Shown here one piece after another: positions 36,970-49,370 of a stretch of DNA of 64,000 bases. The notes below the pieces were generated by a model. It was not told the origin of the DNA, did not search any database, and saw only the letters and a list, made by a program, of their open reading frames with translations. Every line of letters starts with the position of its first letter. Positions within the stretch are counted from its first letter, which is position 1. This DNA comes from Lama guanicoe (Eukaryota). A program made the translations under genes and the position numbers. The stretch spans positions 1,835,168 through 1,899,167 of the forward strand of contig MU053482.1 in NCBI GenBank assembly GCA_013239625.1, given 5' to 3'.

Positions 36970-37100
36970 CAAGATGGAGACTCTCATTATGCCCATTTTA
37001 CAAGTGAGCACGGTAAGGCTAATGAGGTTATGCGACTGAAGCCAACTTGGAGTCTGTGGCAGGGTTAGAGTTTGCACCCAAGCTTGTTTGGCACTACGTC
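36970..37100 (-). mobile_element. MIR SINE (similar minus-strand MIRs at ~38120-38280, 40040-40160, 46930-47080 and 48990-49150)
   Basis: ATTATGCCCATTTTACAAGTGAG...GAGGTTA, reverse MIR core. Confidence 0.65.
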
Positions 37101-40100
37101 CTACACTCCCAGCCACTCTGCCCTCCCACTTTGAGAGCCTCTGGACGCTGAACACCTGGTTGAAAATGCAAACAACTCACCGCCCTGCCGGCCCCATCCC
37201 GGCACCGAAGTGCAGATGTCACTGTGCCCGGCCCCAGGTGCTACCTGGGTAAAGTGTAGTTGGTAGGCAGGTGTTGGGTGGGGGCCATCCCCATGCATGT
37301 TGGAAGATCTGAGGAGCAGAACACGGGAGACTGGCCCTCTCCTCTCCTAACAGAAGCAAACGTCTGCGTGGATTTCTCACTGAGCGGAAGTCAGGCTAAA
37401 TCTGCTTCCGTACAGGTGTTAGGTGGCTTCCTTGTTGGCTGGAAATTCGATTGTGGTTGATATAAAATCCCGACACCTGTGTCCATCACCCCAGCCTCCA
37501 CCGTGATTACCGTCCCTATAAAGTTCCTAATCCCTGTGCTTGTGCAGCATCCTTACCCTCTGACGGGCCGGACCTATGTGAGCAGGGAGATTGGGTTATT
37601 ATGTAGAAGAGTTATAATAAGAAATATGACTGCAAAAGCCAAGTCAGTTGAAATTGGACTATAATTAAATGCTTAGAAAATTCTATGCTTGGCTCATTTT
37701 AAAATCAAGTGCTTCTTTGTAGCAATTTCCTTTCTTTAATTACAATTTCCTGTCTAGTTTGACATTTACAATGCAATCTTGGGGGACATGTTTGTGATTT
37801 ATTATTCCTGCTCCTATCAGGATATCACTGTGCAGAAATGAGTTTATAAAATAAGAGCTCAAATTATTATGGCCTTTGACCAATAAAGCAGGCTCATAAT
37901 TTCAGGCCTGAGAGAAGATTACCATTTTTGACAACCCAAGGCAGAAATAGTGGAGAGGGGGAGGGCAGAGTTTAGGAATTCGCTCCATGTTCAAAAACAT
38001 TGCATCGTCTCCTTGGAGAAGGCCAGCTTTGGAGGCAGAAGAACATATTAATAACCCCTCAGATATATACAAGCCTCTGCGACTTTGAAGAACTTTCACT
38101 GTCATTGATTCATGTCCTCCTGGAGTTAGACAGGCAGGTGTCATTAGTCCTACCTGACCGATGGGGAAACTGTGCCCAGAGAAGTTAAGTGACTTGCTCA
38201 AGTTCACAAATCCTACAAGACGAGTCTTAGAAACAGCACCCAGGTCCAACCTAGGGAGTCCTTTTCCCACAACATAATTGCTGTCCCAAAGGCCTGAGAA
38301 ATGACCCAAGACACAGAGGATGCCCTCAATGCACATCTGGGCAGGGAGACCTTCTGCCTCCAGTTTCAGTAGCTTTGACCAAGCCCTAGTGCTGCATGTG
38401 CCCCTGACCCACATGAGGCCTCTGGAGCTGTGGTCTCAGTTCATGAGACAGGTACCATCAATTTCTTTTTTCTTTTTCCTTTCATCTCAAGGTTTTACCT
38501 AGAAATCTGAGAGGATCATCCACTGACTGGCCTGTATAATGCCTTTATATCCTGGGCCAAAAAGTATATGAGGGTTTACCTTTGTGTGTATATGGAAGTA
38601 CAGTTGTTCAGCTACGTGTGTGCCTGGATGTCCACACATGTTTGGGGGGTGTTGTGTGGGCACCTGTGCACATGTGTGGTGAGCATAGTAAGTAAAGGAT
38701 GCTTGTGCAGAGTGTGCATTGTTACCCAAGGCCACTAGACGTAATCTAAGGGGATGCACAAAGTGATGTGCACCAATATCATGAAAGACTCAATTTCGGT
38801 CCCTCTGGGAAGGCCTTGAAGAGAAAGGGAAGGACAGAGACAAGTTGGATCCCCTAGGGGTCGTCTGTGGACCCTTCATCCACTATTCCTTAGAACTTCC
38901 TGCAGTGAAAGTGCCCATCAGCCTGGTCCCAGGCTGGGGGAGGGGGGTGACTTCTGACCAGGTGAAGTATACCTTTCTGATGCTGGAGAGTCTCTGGGGA
39001 GTGAGCACCCACTATCCCACTCCCTTCCTGGATGCCAGCCGGCTCTGTGCCCTGGTCAGGAAGGGGCTGATGCCATCCTGGTGGTGAGGAGCATGGGGTG
39101 GGGTGCAGGCCTGGAAGCTGGTGATGAGTCTATTGCAGATACAGTGAATCAGAGACACATGTGGAGCCTCCAAGGGGAGGTGTCCAGGTGGTTGCATGTG
39201 TAGATCTGGAGCCTGGAGAGCAGATAGGAGCTGGGCTCGGGGAGCTGGGGTTTCTGGTCCTCTGCCCTGCCCTGTAACACCTGCCCTGTACTTTTCAGTT
39301 TTGGTGTCCCTCCCCAGCCTTGACGGTGGCCCTGCAGCCACGGTCAGGACAGATCAGACCCCTGAGGGAGGCTGAGGCAGTCAGTCCACAGCCAAGGTGG
39401 CAGCCAGCAGCTGGTTGGAGTGGAGCTGCTAGGCTGGGTTTGCTCATAAGCAAGGCTTCTGGGCCTGGAGCAGGGGTTTCTGGGGCACTCTCTCCTGCCC
39501 CTCCATGGGTCTCCTTCAGGAGTGGAAGTCGGGCTTCCACTTTGTCTCACTTGAAAGGAGTCATTATGAGAGGTAAATCCCCGTCTCTGGCTTTTGGCCT
39601 CAGATTAAGTCTGTCCAGAGACTCGTTTGTTGCCTGTGAAAATCCCTTTATTACTTCAAAACAATTTTTAAAGCAGAATGCATTAAGAGTTTTGAAGAAA
39701 GAGAAAGAATCCAATCCCTACACCAGGATGCTGGTTATGAAATTCAAATGGCTGGGCCAAGGCAATCCTCTTACTGTGCCTCACCTCGAACTGGGAGACG
39801 GCGGGGGGTGGGGAGTGCTCAGGCCTGCCCCTCTGAGTTCTGAGTTCTGAGGAAACGCCTCAGAGCCAAGTGCTGCTCTCCTGAAGGTCATCGCAGGAAT
39901 GGCCTCACCTGGGCCAATCCATGCTCACTTCCCTCCCCCCCACACGCATACACATGGTCACACCAACACCGCCACAAGCCCTTAAGCGCTCACGGTCCCT
40001 CCATGTCTGCCGCTGACTCTTTAAATCATCATATTGTTCAGGGAGGATGCCTGGAAGGCTATTTGATCTCTGTTGTTCAAAGGAGAAAATGGAAGCTCAG

Positions 40101-42769
40101 ACAGGAGAAGTGACCCTTCTAAGTTCAAGCAGGACCAGATCTGAAGTACTCGTCTTCCAAGTTCAGGACTCTCCCCTTAGAACTTCTCAGACCTCCAAGT
40201 GGGAGTCTGAGGCTCTTCCCAGGTTCTCGACTCCATGAGGAAGGCCGACCTGGGCCCAGGTGATCATGGGTCCCTAATTCTTCCCTCCCTGAATCTGTGA
40301 GGCCTCCCACCCAATCCTGGCCAGAGAAAAAGCAGTAGGCCAAGTGAATGCTGCTGCCGGGACCCCCCAATCCCCCCCAAACATCCCTCTCCTGCACTGG
40401 CCCCTTCAAGCCCCATGTGCCAAGCAGGGAGAAAGCCCTATGCAGGAGGAGATGGTTTCCGGAACCACGGAAATCTATCCACCTGTGCATCCATCCTTCC
40501 ATCCACCCAATGGGCTCAGCTACACTGCAGCTGTAGCAGAGACTAAGGCAGCCACAGTTCTGCCCTCAGGTTACCCGTCGATCTGTGACAAGACAGACAG
40601 GCAAATAGTCATTGCAACCTAGTGTGTTAAGAATGGTGACGGGAAATGTACAGGGAGCTAGGGGAGCACAGGGATGCCACATACCCAGCCTCCTGAGCCA
40701 CAACAGATGGAAAAAGCCAGCCACATGTTCCCGGGGAGGAAGGAGGTTGGACAATGTAGGACTAAGTTCTTTCCAAACATTTGTTTGGGGAGCAAAGGGT
40801 GAGGCTATGGATGGGGACTGGGGTCCAGGACTTACTCTGTTGAGTACCATAGAGTGTCTAGGAAGTCTTTGCCTGGCCTCATCCCGGAGTTCACTGACTC
40901 TGATTCCACAGAATATCCATTGTAATTCCTCCATTGCACATGCCTCAGTAGGGGGCCCTTCCCTAAGTGGTGTTTAAATATATCTCTGGTAGGAGCCCTC
41001 CAAAGGTGTGTGCCGCTCCTTATACTAAATACTTCAGGGGTATCATCTCCTTTGGAAGTAATGAGCAGGTACAAATTGCTCTGTGATGCTTGGGATACGA
41101 GCGATGGCACATTTTCTTATTTTTCTAACACAAATTAAACCTGGTGCCAGCCCCAAGCTCACCAATGTTGGTAAGAGATCCAGCACCAGTCATTTGTAGG
41201 GTCCTTTCTCTTTGCCTCCTTTTTATTTTACAATAACTTCAGGTGTGATGCATCCCAGGGTCCCAGAGAGGCCCACATCCCCAGACCTAGCTGCCTGTGC
41301 TCCTGACCTAGGCCCAGTCAAAGGCAAGTCCCTCTGCTGGGACCTGTTCCCAAGATGTTGGAGCCCAGTGCTCAGCCTTCCAACTCTCTCCAGTGGACCC
41401 AGAAGCATGGTCTCCAAGCACGTCCCAGGGCCCGAGGATGTATCCTGTGGACTAGGCCACTTGGGAGACCTCCTGGCTAAGTCTCGTAAGTTGGCCTAGT
41501 GGCCTGGGATCCCTTTTGGCCGCCCAATGTCTTGGTTGTCGACAAGCCCAGCACTGTATGTCCTTCTCACTGGCCACTGGGAAGGGTCCAGCAACCTGCC
41601 ATCCCTTCACTCTCCTACCAAAGGCCCTGCCAGCCTCTTGATTGCTTGCAGGCTGACCCAGCTCTGTGGCAATTCAGAAATTGTGCATTCAGTGGGAAGA
41701 TTAGGCCTGATTAAGAAATTCGTGCTAACGAACTGTGCTTAATTGGATTTGGGGAAGGACACAAAATGGGGCTGCTTGACATTCCAGGGTCCTCAGCAAA
41801 GTCCTGGGGCCTCCCTGGTTCCTCCCTGCACGGCTGACCATAGCAACAAGCCCCTTCTGCCCCAATACCGCCACCTTCGGCCACTCGGCCTAGTAACGGG
41901 GAAGTTATCTGCCTAATCAGACTAATTAGCACTGGGGACACAAAGTCATAATCTACAAAGAATGCAAATGCCAGTTTTACAAAATGAAAGCGCCATATGT
42001 GCAGTAATTAGCAAGCCATGGGCACATTTTATAAATCATATTTATTAGTTTGTAAACAAATCAAGCTCTAAATGAAATGAAAGATGCCATTAAGTGTGAC
42101 TGCAGCAGTGGCAGTGCTGAGGAGGCCTTGATATGGGGGGCTGGGGGGCTGAGTAGAAGCTGACCCGGGAGCCCTGCCTGGGAACCCGCCAGTCTCCACC
42201 TAATCTCCCCTCCAGCCCAGGAGCCCTGGTATGGGAGGCGAGGGGTATGGTCTGTGCCTTGGCTAGCCAAGATCTGTGGCCTACTTGTTCCCCTACCAAA
42301 ACCCCCTGGTGGGCTGCCCACCTGCCCAGCATCCCACAACTCTGGGCTGGTTACTCAGACTAGGGCTTAAACAAATATTTGTTCCCACCATGACCACAGA
42401 TGGCATCTGAGCCCCAGCTCAGCACCAGGCCCCTCTTAATTTTGGAACCATAGGCCTCTTCGTCCACTTACATACCTCTAGGGCATGAGGAAAAGTAAAA
42501 AATGTCTCTGTTGAAAGAACTTCGTACACTGACCAAGCTTGCTGTACTGATCTCAACTTCTGCTGTCTTTGGAGAAGAGCTTGTGGAAAGGGGGACCTTC
42601 CCAGGTTGGTGCTCTCCTGTGTTGCACTGATGTGTTCTCCTGTCAGTCCAGATGAGGTCTTGCCTTGCACTCAGCCCTCCACCGGGCACTCAAAGGGTTG
42701 AAATGGAAATATAAGGGTAAGTCTAAGCTTTCCAGGTGCATCAGGTTATGAGAAGTATTCTCAGTGTGG

Positions 42770-43030
42770 ACTGTGGTAGCCATGATTGTATTCTGCTCAG
42801 TGTATTATCCCATTTCCCTTCTTTGGTGAACTGTTTCTCTTTGCCTTGGGAAAAACCTCTTCCTTCCCCATGTGGCTGTGATGAGGCTTTCAGTCCAGGT
42901 GTCCAGCATCACCTTTACCACAAAGTGGGCATGTGACCCAAGTCATTGCGCTGCATACCCTGGACCCAGTGATGTCAGTTGGACCCAGCACTCTCCTTAT
43001 CCAGATTTTCTGAGCAGAGGTGGAGGGACT
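42770..43030 (+). mobile_element. MaLR (MLT1-type) LTR, 5' part
   Basis: TGTGGTAGCCATG...CCATTTCCCTTCTTTGGTGA...GTGGGCATGTGACCCAAG. Confidence 0.55.
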
Positions 43031-43901
43031 GTCAGTTTCAGAATGATGTAGCTGGTTCATACTGTGATGGTATGATCTGCTCTATTCAAGGACAATGACA
43101 GTAGATTATACAAAGAGAAAACCAATGGTTCATAGGGTTTCAAAAATAAGATGAACATCTCCATAAACTAGAAATGGAATAGAAATCTAAGATGTATATA
43201 CATATATGTGCAATTGAGAAACATGGAAGTTAGACTGAAGAGCCCCAACATGCATCTAACAAAAGTTACATAAGAAGAGAATGAGAGAAATAGTAGCGAA
43301 GCAATATTTAAAGATAAAATTGTCAAAAGTTTTCCAAAATTGAAGAAAGTTAAGAGTTCTCAGATTTAAAAATCCACCCAGTGTGTGGAGTTGGAAAAAT
43401 AAAAATAGATCTACATTCAGATACATCACAGTACAGCTTCCAGAACATCAAGGTAAAGAGATCATGTTAAAAGTGATCAGAAGAAAGAAGCAGAGTATTA
43501 CAAAAATCAAATTAGACTAATAGCAGGATCCTCTTCAGCGACCCATGTCAGAAGAAAATGAAATATCTTCAAGATGCTGAGGGAAAAATCACTAGAATTT
43601 ATACCCCGTTAATCTATCATCTAAAAGTATAGGCAAAATTAAACCCGTTATAGACAGGCAAAGACTAAGCTACTATGCCCCTATAGCACCTCACTGAAAT
43701 GAAGACGTCCCCTGAGTAGGAAGAAAAGTGGACATGAAGAGAAGGCAAAAGGGATGCAAGAAACCACGGGTGATCACAGGAAGTGATAAAAACATGTTGG
43801 TAAATTCAATTAAATATTGATTATAGAAAATAACAATATCTATATTCTATATATTTTTAAAAGGTTAAACTAAACCTCTAAACAAAGATAATGAAGTGAA
43901 C

Positions 43902-44226
43902 AGACATGTTCAATATAGCATCAAATGAAAAAAAAAAAAAGGAAATCTCCAGGGCCAGAAACAGAGTGTATTTATTGCTAGGATGGTAAGCAGGAAGGGA
44001 TACTGTAGGGTCCTGTGGTGGTGGTGGTGGCATTTTAACACCCAAGTAGGGATGGGAGATATAGAGACATGTTCAATATAGCATCAAATGAAAAAAAAAA
44101 AAGGAAATCTCCAGGGCCAGAAACAGAGTGTATTTATTGCTAGGATGGTAAGCAGGAAGGGATACTGTAGGGTCCTGTGGTGGTGGTGGTGGCATTTTAA
44201 CACCCAAGTAGGGATGGGAGATATAG
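43902..44226 (+). repeat. Near-perfect 163/162-bp tandem duplication
   Basis: 43902-44064 and 44065-44226 are identical except for an A13 versus A12 run. Confidence 0.95.
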
Positions 44227-44903
44227 CCTCCTGCCCATGAAAAGCACAGAGATGGAACTAAGCTCCTTGTATATGGCTGAGAGCACTGAAAGGCTACCAT
44301 CTATGTGAAAATGGAACTAGAGAAACTAAATGCACAAGCTCAGGAAGCAACAAGAAAGCATTTTGTATGCCTGGGAGAGGAAAAAAGTCCACAAGAAGTT
44401 GAAGACTTGGGAATGGGCCAGAAACAGGTATGAAGTCCAAATCTATACTACCTGTGGGGCCGAGGATCCACAAGCCAAGGGAATAAAATTGTTACTCGGG
44501 GACTAGTTATGGGAACCACGAAGCAGCTTGGCAAGGAATAGTATGACAGCTATGGCACATGAGACTCCAACAGAAGCACAATCCCTGCTAAAGATGAGCT
44601 CAATGAAAAGTTACCAAATGCGTGAGGAAGGGAGGCACCATGAGGGAGCATCAGGAGAAATCAGATGGTTCAAAGATTCCTGATAGTTCCAGGAGAAGAG
44701 AGCAGAAATAATAGGGGAGGCCATCCTAGAAGGGAAAATGCCTAAGGATTTTCCATAACTGCAGAAAGAGATGAATCCTCAAACTGATCAAATGCCACAA
44801 ATCCTTAGAAGGACAAATAAAACAAATCCACATTTAGATGCATTAGGGAAAATGTGAAAACATTAAATAACAGAGAAAAGAAACTAGAGACAGCAGAATT
44901 CCT

Positions 44904-44951
44904 AAAACAAAACAAAACAAAACAAAACAAAACAAAACAAGACAAAACAAC
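44904..44951. repeat. (AAAAC)n microsatellite
   Basis: Directly visible. Confidence 0.95.
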
Positions 44952-46319
44952 AGTAGTTGGGCTGGCAGCAGACTTCTCAGCAGCCAAATTGATTTCAGAA
45001 AACAATGGAACATCTTCGAAGCACTGTGGAAAAGTAACTAGCAATTATAATTTATTTAGAGTAAAGGCAAAATAAAAGATACTTTAAAAAGTCGGAGAGA
45101 GTTTACAACTCACAATTCTTTCTGAGCTAACAACAGAGGGGTGTGCCTTGGTCTGAAGAAAATTGAGACCAAAAGAAAGGAATGATGAGCAAATAAGTTA
45201 GAAAACATATTGGTTAATTGAAATAATATTGACTTCAGAAAATGAAGACTAATCTTTAGAAGGGGTTAAAAACAAGGTAGAACTGAAATATTTTATAACA
45301 ACAGCAAGAAGATGGGAGTGGGGATTGGAGTCAAAACATTGAAAGATCTTTGTATTGTTGAAGGCGAATAAAGACACTATTAAATTTAGATGTTTTAAAA
45401 GATATGACATCCAAGTCAATAGAGAGAAGAAAACAGATAGTAAAAAGAACTCAATAAATCCAGTTGAATGCAGGAAAAGAAAAAAAAAGAAAAATATATG
45501 GTAAAAACTTGTAAAGATGGTATAAAATAGTCCAAGTTTATCAGTAATTGCAATAAATTTAAATGAATTAAACCCATTTGTTCTGAGATATTCTCAGATA
45601 ATATTTTAAAAATCTAATTATAAGTTGTTTATAAGAGACATAAACATAATTATGCAAAGTGCTTGAAAAGGATAGAAAAATATATCATAAATACTAACCA
45701 AAAGAAAGGAAATACAATAATATTAATAGCAAGTGAATGAGATTTTAAGACAAAAAATTTTGAGATTTAGAAATGAATGAAAATTACGTAGAAATCTATA
45801 TTGATGCTGAACCTGACTGTTAATAACATAATCTTAAAATGACAGAATTATGAGGAAAAATGTACAGAGTACATTAAACAAAATTACATAGCAAAAATTG
45901 ACAGAATTGTGGGAAAAGCTGACAAAGCTACAAGTATAATGGGAGATTTTAACATTGCTTTTTCAGAAACTGATGGAACAGACCAAAAAATTAGTAGAAA
46001 CGTTGGCAGTTGAATACCTATGATTGAACAATACAATAAACAGTTGTTTTATGTACATGTATAAAACCCTGTATCCTAAAATTAAAGAGTACACTTTATT
46101 TTCAAGTATACATGGAATATTAACAAAATTGACTATGTAACAGGCCACAAAGGAAGTCTTAATGGATACCAAAAATTTGATATAATTAATGACACATTCT
46201 ATGACTCCAGTGCAATTAAATTAGAAAACAATAAAAAAGTTAAATCCAAAAATACCATTCATGTTTTTCATTGTAGGGAGCTATGCTATATGTGTGAAAC
46301 AATGTACATAAGGCACATA

Positions 46320-46393
46320 GAGGTCCTGGGGATTAAATCCAAGACCTCGCGCATGCTAGGCATGCACTCAACCACTGAGCTATACCACTCCCC
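46320..46393 (-). mobile_element. tRNA-derived SINE head, camelid Vic-1-like
   Basis: Reverse complement GGGGAGTGGTATAGCTCAGTGGTTGAGTGCATGCCTAGCATGCGCGAGGTCTTGGATTTAATCCCCAGGACCTC. Confidence 0.85.
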
Positions 46394-49169
46394 GGGGCCT
46401 GTTATTTTAAATGATGGTTGTGGCTCTGCTCCTCTCTCCAACTTCTTCAAGCCTACAGCTGGGTACTCACTGAGTTCCTCTACAGGTGGATGAAATGGGA
46501 GTTGCATTGAAATGTAGATGTTAAGTGTGTCTTGTGTTTCAAGCTGTAGGTCTCTTTGTGGCCCCATTGCCAAGTCCTTGAGAACCCCACTGAGGAGGGC
46601 CGGGCCTGAGCTGGTGATGTGTCTGTGTGAGACGACTGTCCTTCCCACTGACAGCCCCATCCCTGACAACCAGCCTTGCCGGCAGGATCAGAGTAGGCTG
46701 CTCCTCCCTTGCTACCTAGCCTGGCATGTCCTAACACAGTCTCCTCCTCTAGCTCCACCTTTTCTACCTCTGCCAGATCTTTCAGAGGAAATCCTGGAGA
46801 GGCTAGAGTGACAGAAGCCACATCATCCTAACCCCAGCCAGAGAGGGTGAATTCCAGGAGAGACCTGGCCACAGACAGGTGATCTATCCCACCATGGACA
46901 GGGGCTCTACAATGCCCTCCCTCCATTCACCCTCACAGCACTCTACAAGGCAGACATTAGCCTGATCTCCAATTTACAGATAAGGAAACCAGAGCCCACA
47001 GAGGCAAACTGAGTTGCCTGAGGCCCCTTGATGGTAAGTGGGGGATCAAAGGGCGGGTCCAATTAGAATCTCCAGTGCCCATTCTGGGACTGTTGTCAGG
47101 AGGCAGGCAGCCTGGAGAGGTAGAGACAAGGGGCTCTTGGGAGAAGAGGCTGAGCTCAGATTTTCCTGGGCTTCGAAGGGATAGACCAGAAGCCCTGCTC
47201 CACTGTGACCACTGTGAGCCCTGTGACCTCCCTCTTGGGCCTGAGTTCCTAGCAGCCCACACAGCCGATGGTGACAGGCAGAAGGCTGGTGGCAATGTGG
47301 CAGGGGTGGGAGGGCTGGAGGAGAGGGTGGCTGAGGGTGGGTTAATGCTGCTACCTTATGAAGGACATTTTTCAATTGAGCCAGTAACTGGAGGCCCTGA
47401 GAGTGTGTTCTGTCTCAGCAACTCTACAATCGGAGGATATGAACTGGCTGTGAGAAAGCCATCAGGGGCTGGCTATTCCCAAACTCTTGGAAGGCACAGA
47501 GCTAGATTTAATAAAATGGGAAAATGAAACATTTTCATTAGCACCAAATTTTCCATTTAATTTGGACTTTTGCAAAATAAGTAGCCTAATTACTGCCATG
47601 ATTTGAGCTTCTCAATAGGTTTTTCCTCTAAGAAGTTGCAGACTCCACACAGGACTCCATTCTCCAGAGCTTGCTCCTGCACCACAGCCCCCCTCCACCT
47701 CCTCAGGAAGCAGGAAGGTTCTAGAGGCCTGAGAGGGGAGGTGGGACAGCCCACAGGAGGGGAGCACAGGTCTACCAGTCTGCCTGAACTCACAGGGCCC
47801 TCCTCTGCCACCAGCTCCAGCAGCCAGTGGGGAAGCCACTGTTCTGGGGCCCACAGACCCTCCACGCTGGCCTAGACTGTGTCTGAGCCCTGACTTGCGT
47901 CTCAGCTCGGGCCTGGGAGTTTGCAGAGCTGCGGTGGGCTGACGGTATCTTCTCCCCTGTGGTCTGGCTTTTGCCTTTTATGCTGCTCACCCCAGGCCTT
48001 GGTTCTAGGCCTATAAAAATGACAGCAGTCCAGGAGTCCCAGCCCACAGGCCACTTACACTGACCCTGCCCATCCTGGAAAGGTCAAAGAAGAGGGGGCA
48101 GCCTCAGTCCTGGGTCCCACAGCTCCGGTCCAGGCCCCTCGAAGGCCCTGGCTGTCCCTACCCTGGATCAAGCCTGGATGCCTAGGGCTGGAGCTACTTC
48201 CTTCTGTCCTTTTCACCCCTCCCCCACTCCTCCCACCAACAGGCCTCCAGCCTTTGCTTTTTTCTCTTCTCTCTGCGCTTGAAGAGAATCAGGGATTAAA
48301 GAAACGGAGCAAGAAATTGCCAAGAACTAGCCTAGCAGGCGATCAGATAGAGTGATGGAGGGAAGGGACCCTGGATCAGCCAGTCTGAGGAGAACACGAG
48401 AGGAATAAGGTAAACCAATGGTCAGGGTCTGAGCCCAGGTGTGCCCAGTGCCAGACAGCGGAGCACTTCCCTAGCACTCCTGACTAGACCCCAAGTCCTC
48501 TTCTCTCCCAGAGAATCAGTCCCATAAAGGTTTCATTGCTGGGTCTTTCTTTGTTCTCTCAGCCCAGCTCTGCAACTCCCCTTCCTGCCCAGGAAAGCAA
48601 ACCCCACTCTGGCTTCTCCCCAAGCCAAACACAGCAGGCCCAATACCTCTAAGGGCTTCCACTCCTAATTTCCAGGGTCCAGCCTGCATCCGCCTCAGCA
48701 TACCCACTTCTAGCTCTCGCTTTCCAAGGGTGAGAGAGGCCACCCCAAGCCCCTTCTGGAAGAGCAGCGGGAGACATGTGGGGACACATCAAAAGCCACA
48801 CTACAACTGGGATGTTGGTAAAATAAGGTAAGGTGTTTCCTGGGGGACTGTGGGTTCCCTTCATACCCACAGCCGCTCCCAGTACCTGGGAGAGGTTCTT
48901 ACTAAATTGACAATGCTTAAGCCAGACCCTTAGTAAGGGAGAGGGCGAACACAGAGGGGAGTCCCTATTCGCTACTGAGAACACTCTCTATGTCCCTTAT
49001 TATCACGGAGCTCGAAGGCCAGTGGGAAGAGGTGGGTGATATTCTCCCTGTGCATAGATGGACAGCCTGAGCCTCAGGCGCTGGGCAATGTGCCCAGTCA
49101 TCCAGCTGGGGAGTGGTGGAGCTGGGATTCAAACTGAATTCCAGGCCCTTGAGGGTAAAGCCTATGTTT

Positions 49170-49370
49170 GTTATCACTAAAATGTTAAATTTACATACAG
49201 CAAAGCGTGAAACTACAACTCAATGGTTTTTCACTTACGGGTACACCCATGTCACCATCATCCAATTCAAGGTCTAGAAAATTCCCAGCATTCCAGAAGG
49301 TTCCTTTGCACCCCCTTCCAGGCAGTACACTCCCACCGAGGTCGTTGCTATTCTGCATCTCTTGGCACGT
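49170..49370 (-). mobile_element. Old L1 3' end fragment
   Basis: AAATTTACATACAG...ACACCCATGTCACCATCATCCAATTCAAG...CCAGCATTCCAGAAGGTTCC, the typical reverse L1M 3' UTR. Confidence 0.7.

Larger units (their letters stand above)
43080..46262 (+). mobile_element. Ancient L1 cluster (two ORF1-like remnants and an ORF2 endonuclease remnant, L1ME/HAL1-like)
   Basis: A-rich strand with GAAGCAATATTTAAAGA..., ATTAGACTAATAGCAG, GGCAGCAGACTTCTCAGCAGC, ATAATGGGAGATTTTAAC (GDFN-like) and TGACTCCAGTGCAATTAAATTAGAA. Confidence 0.8.
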
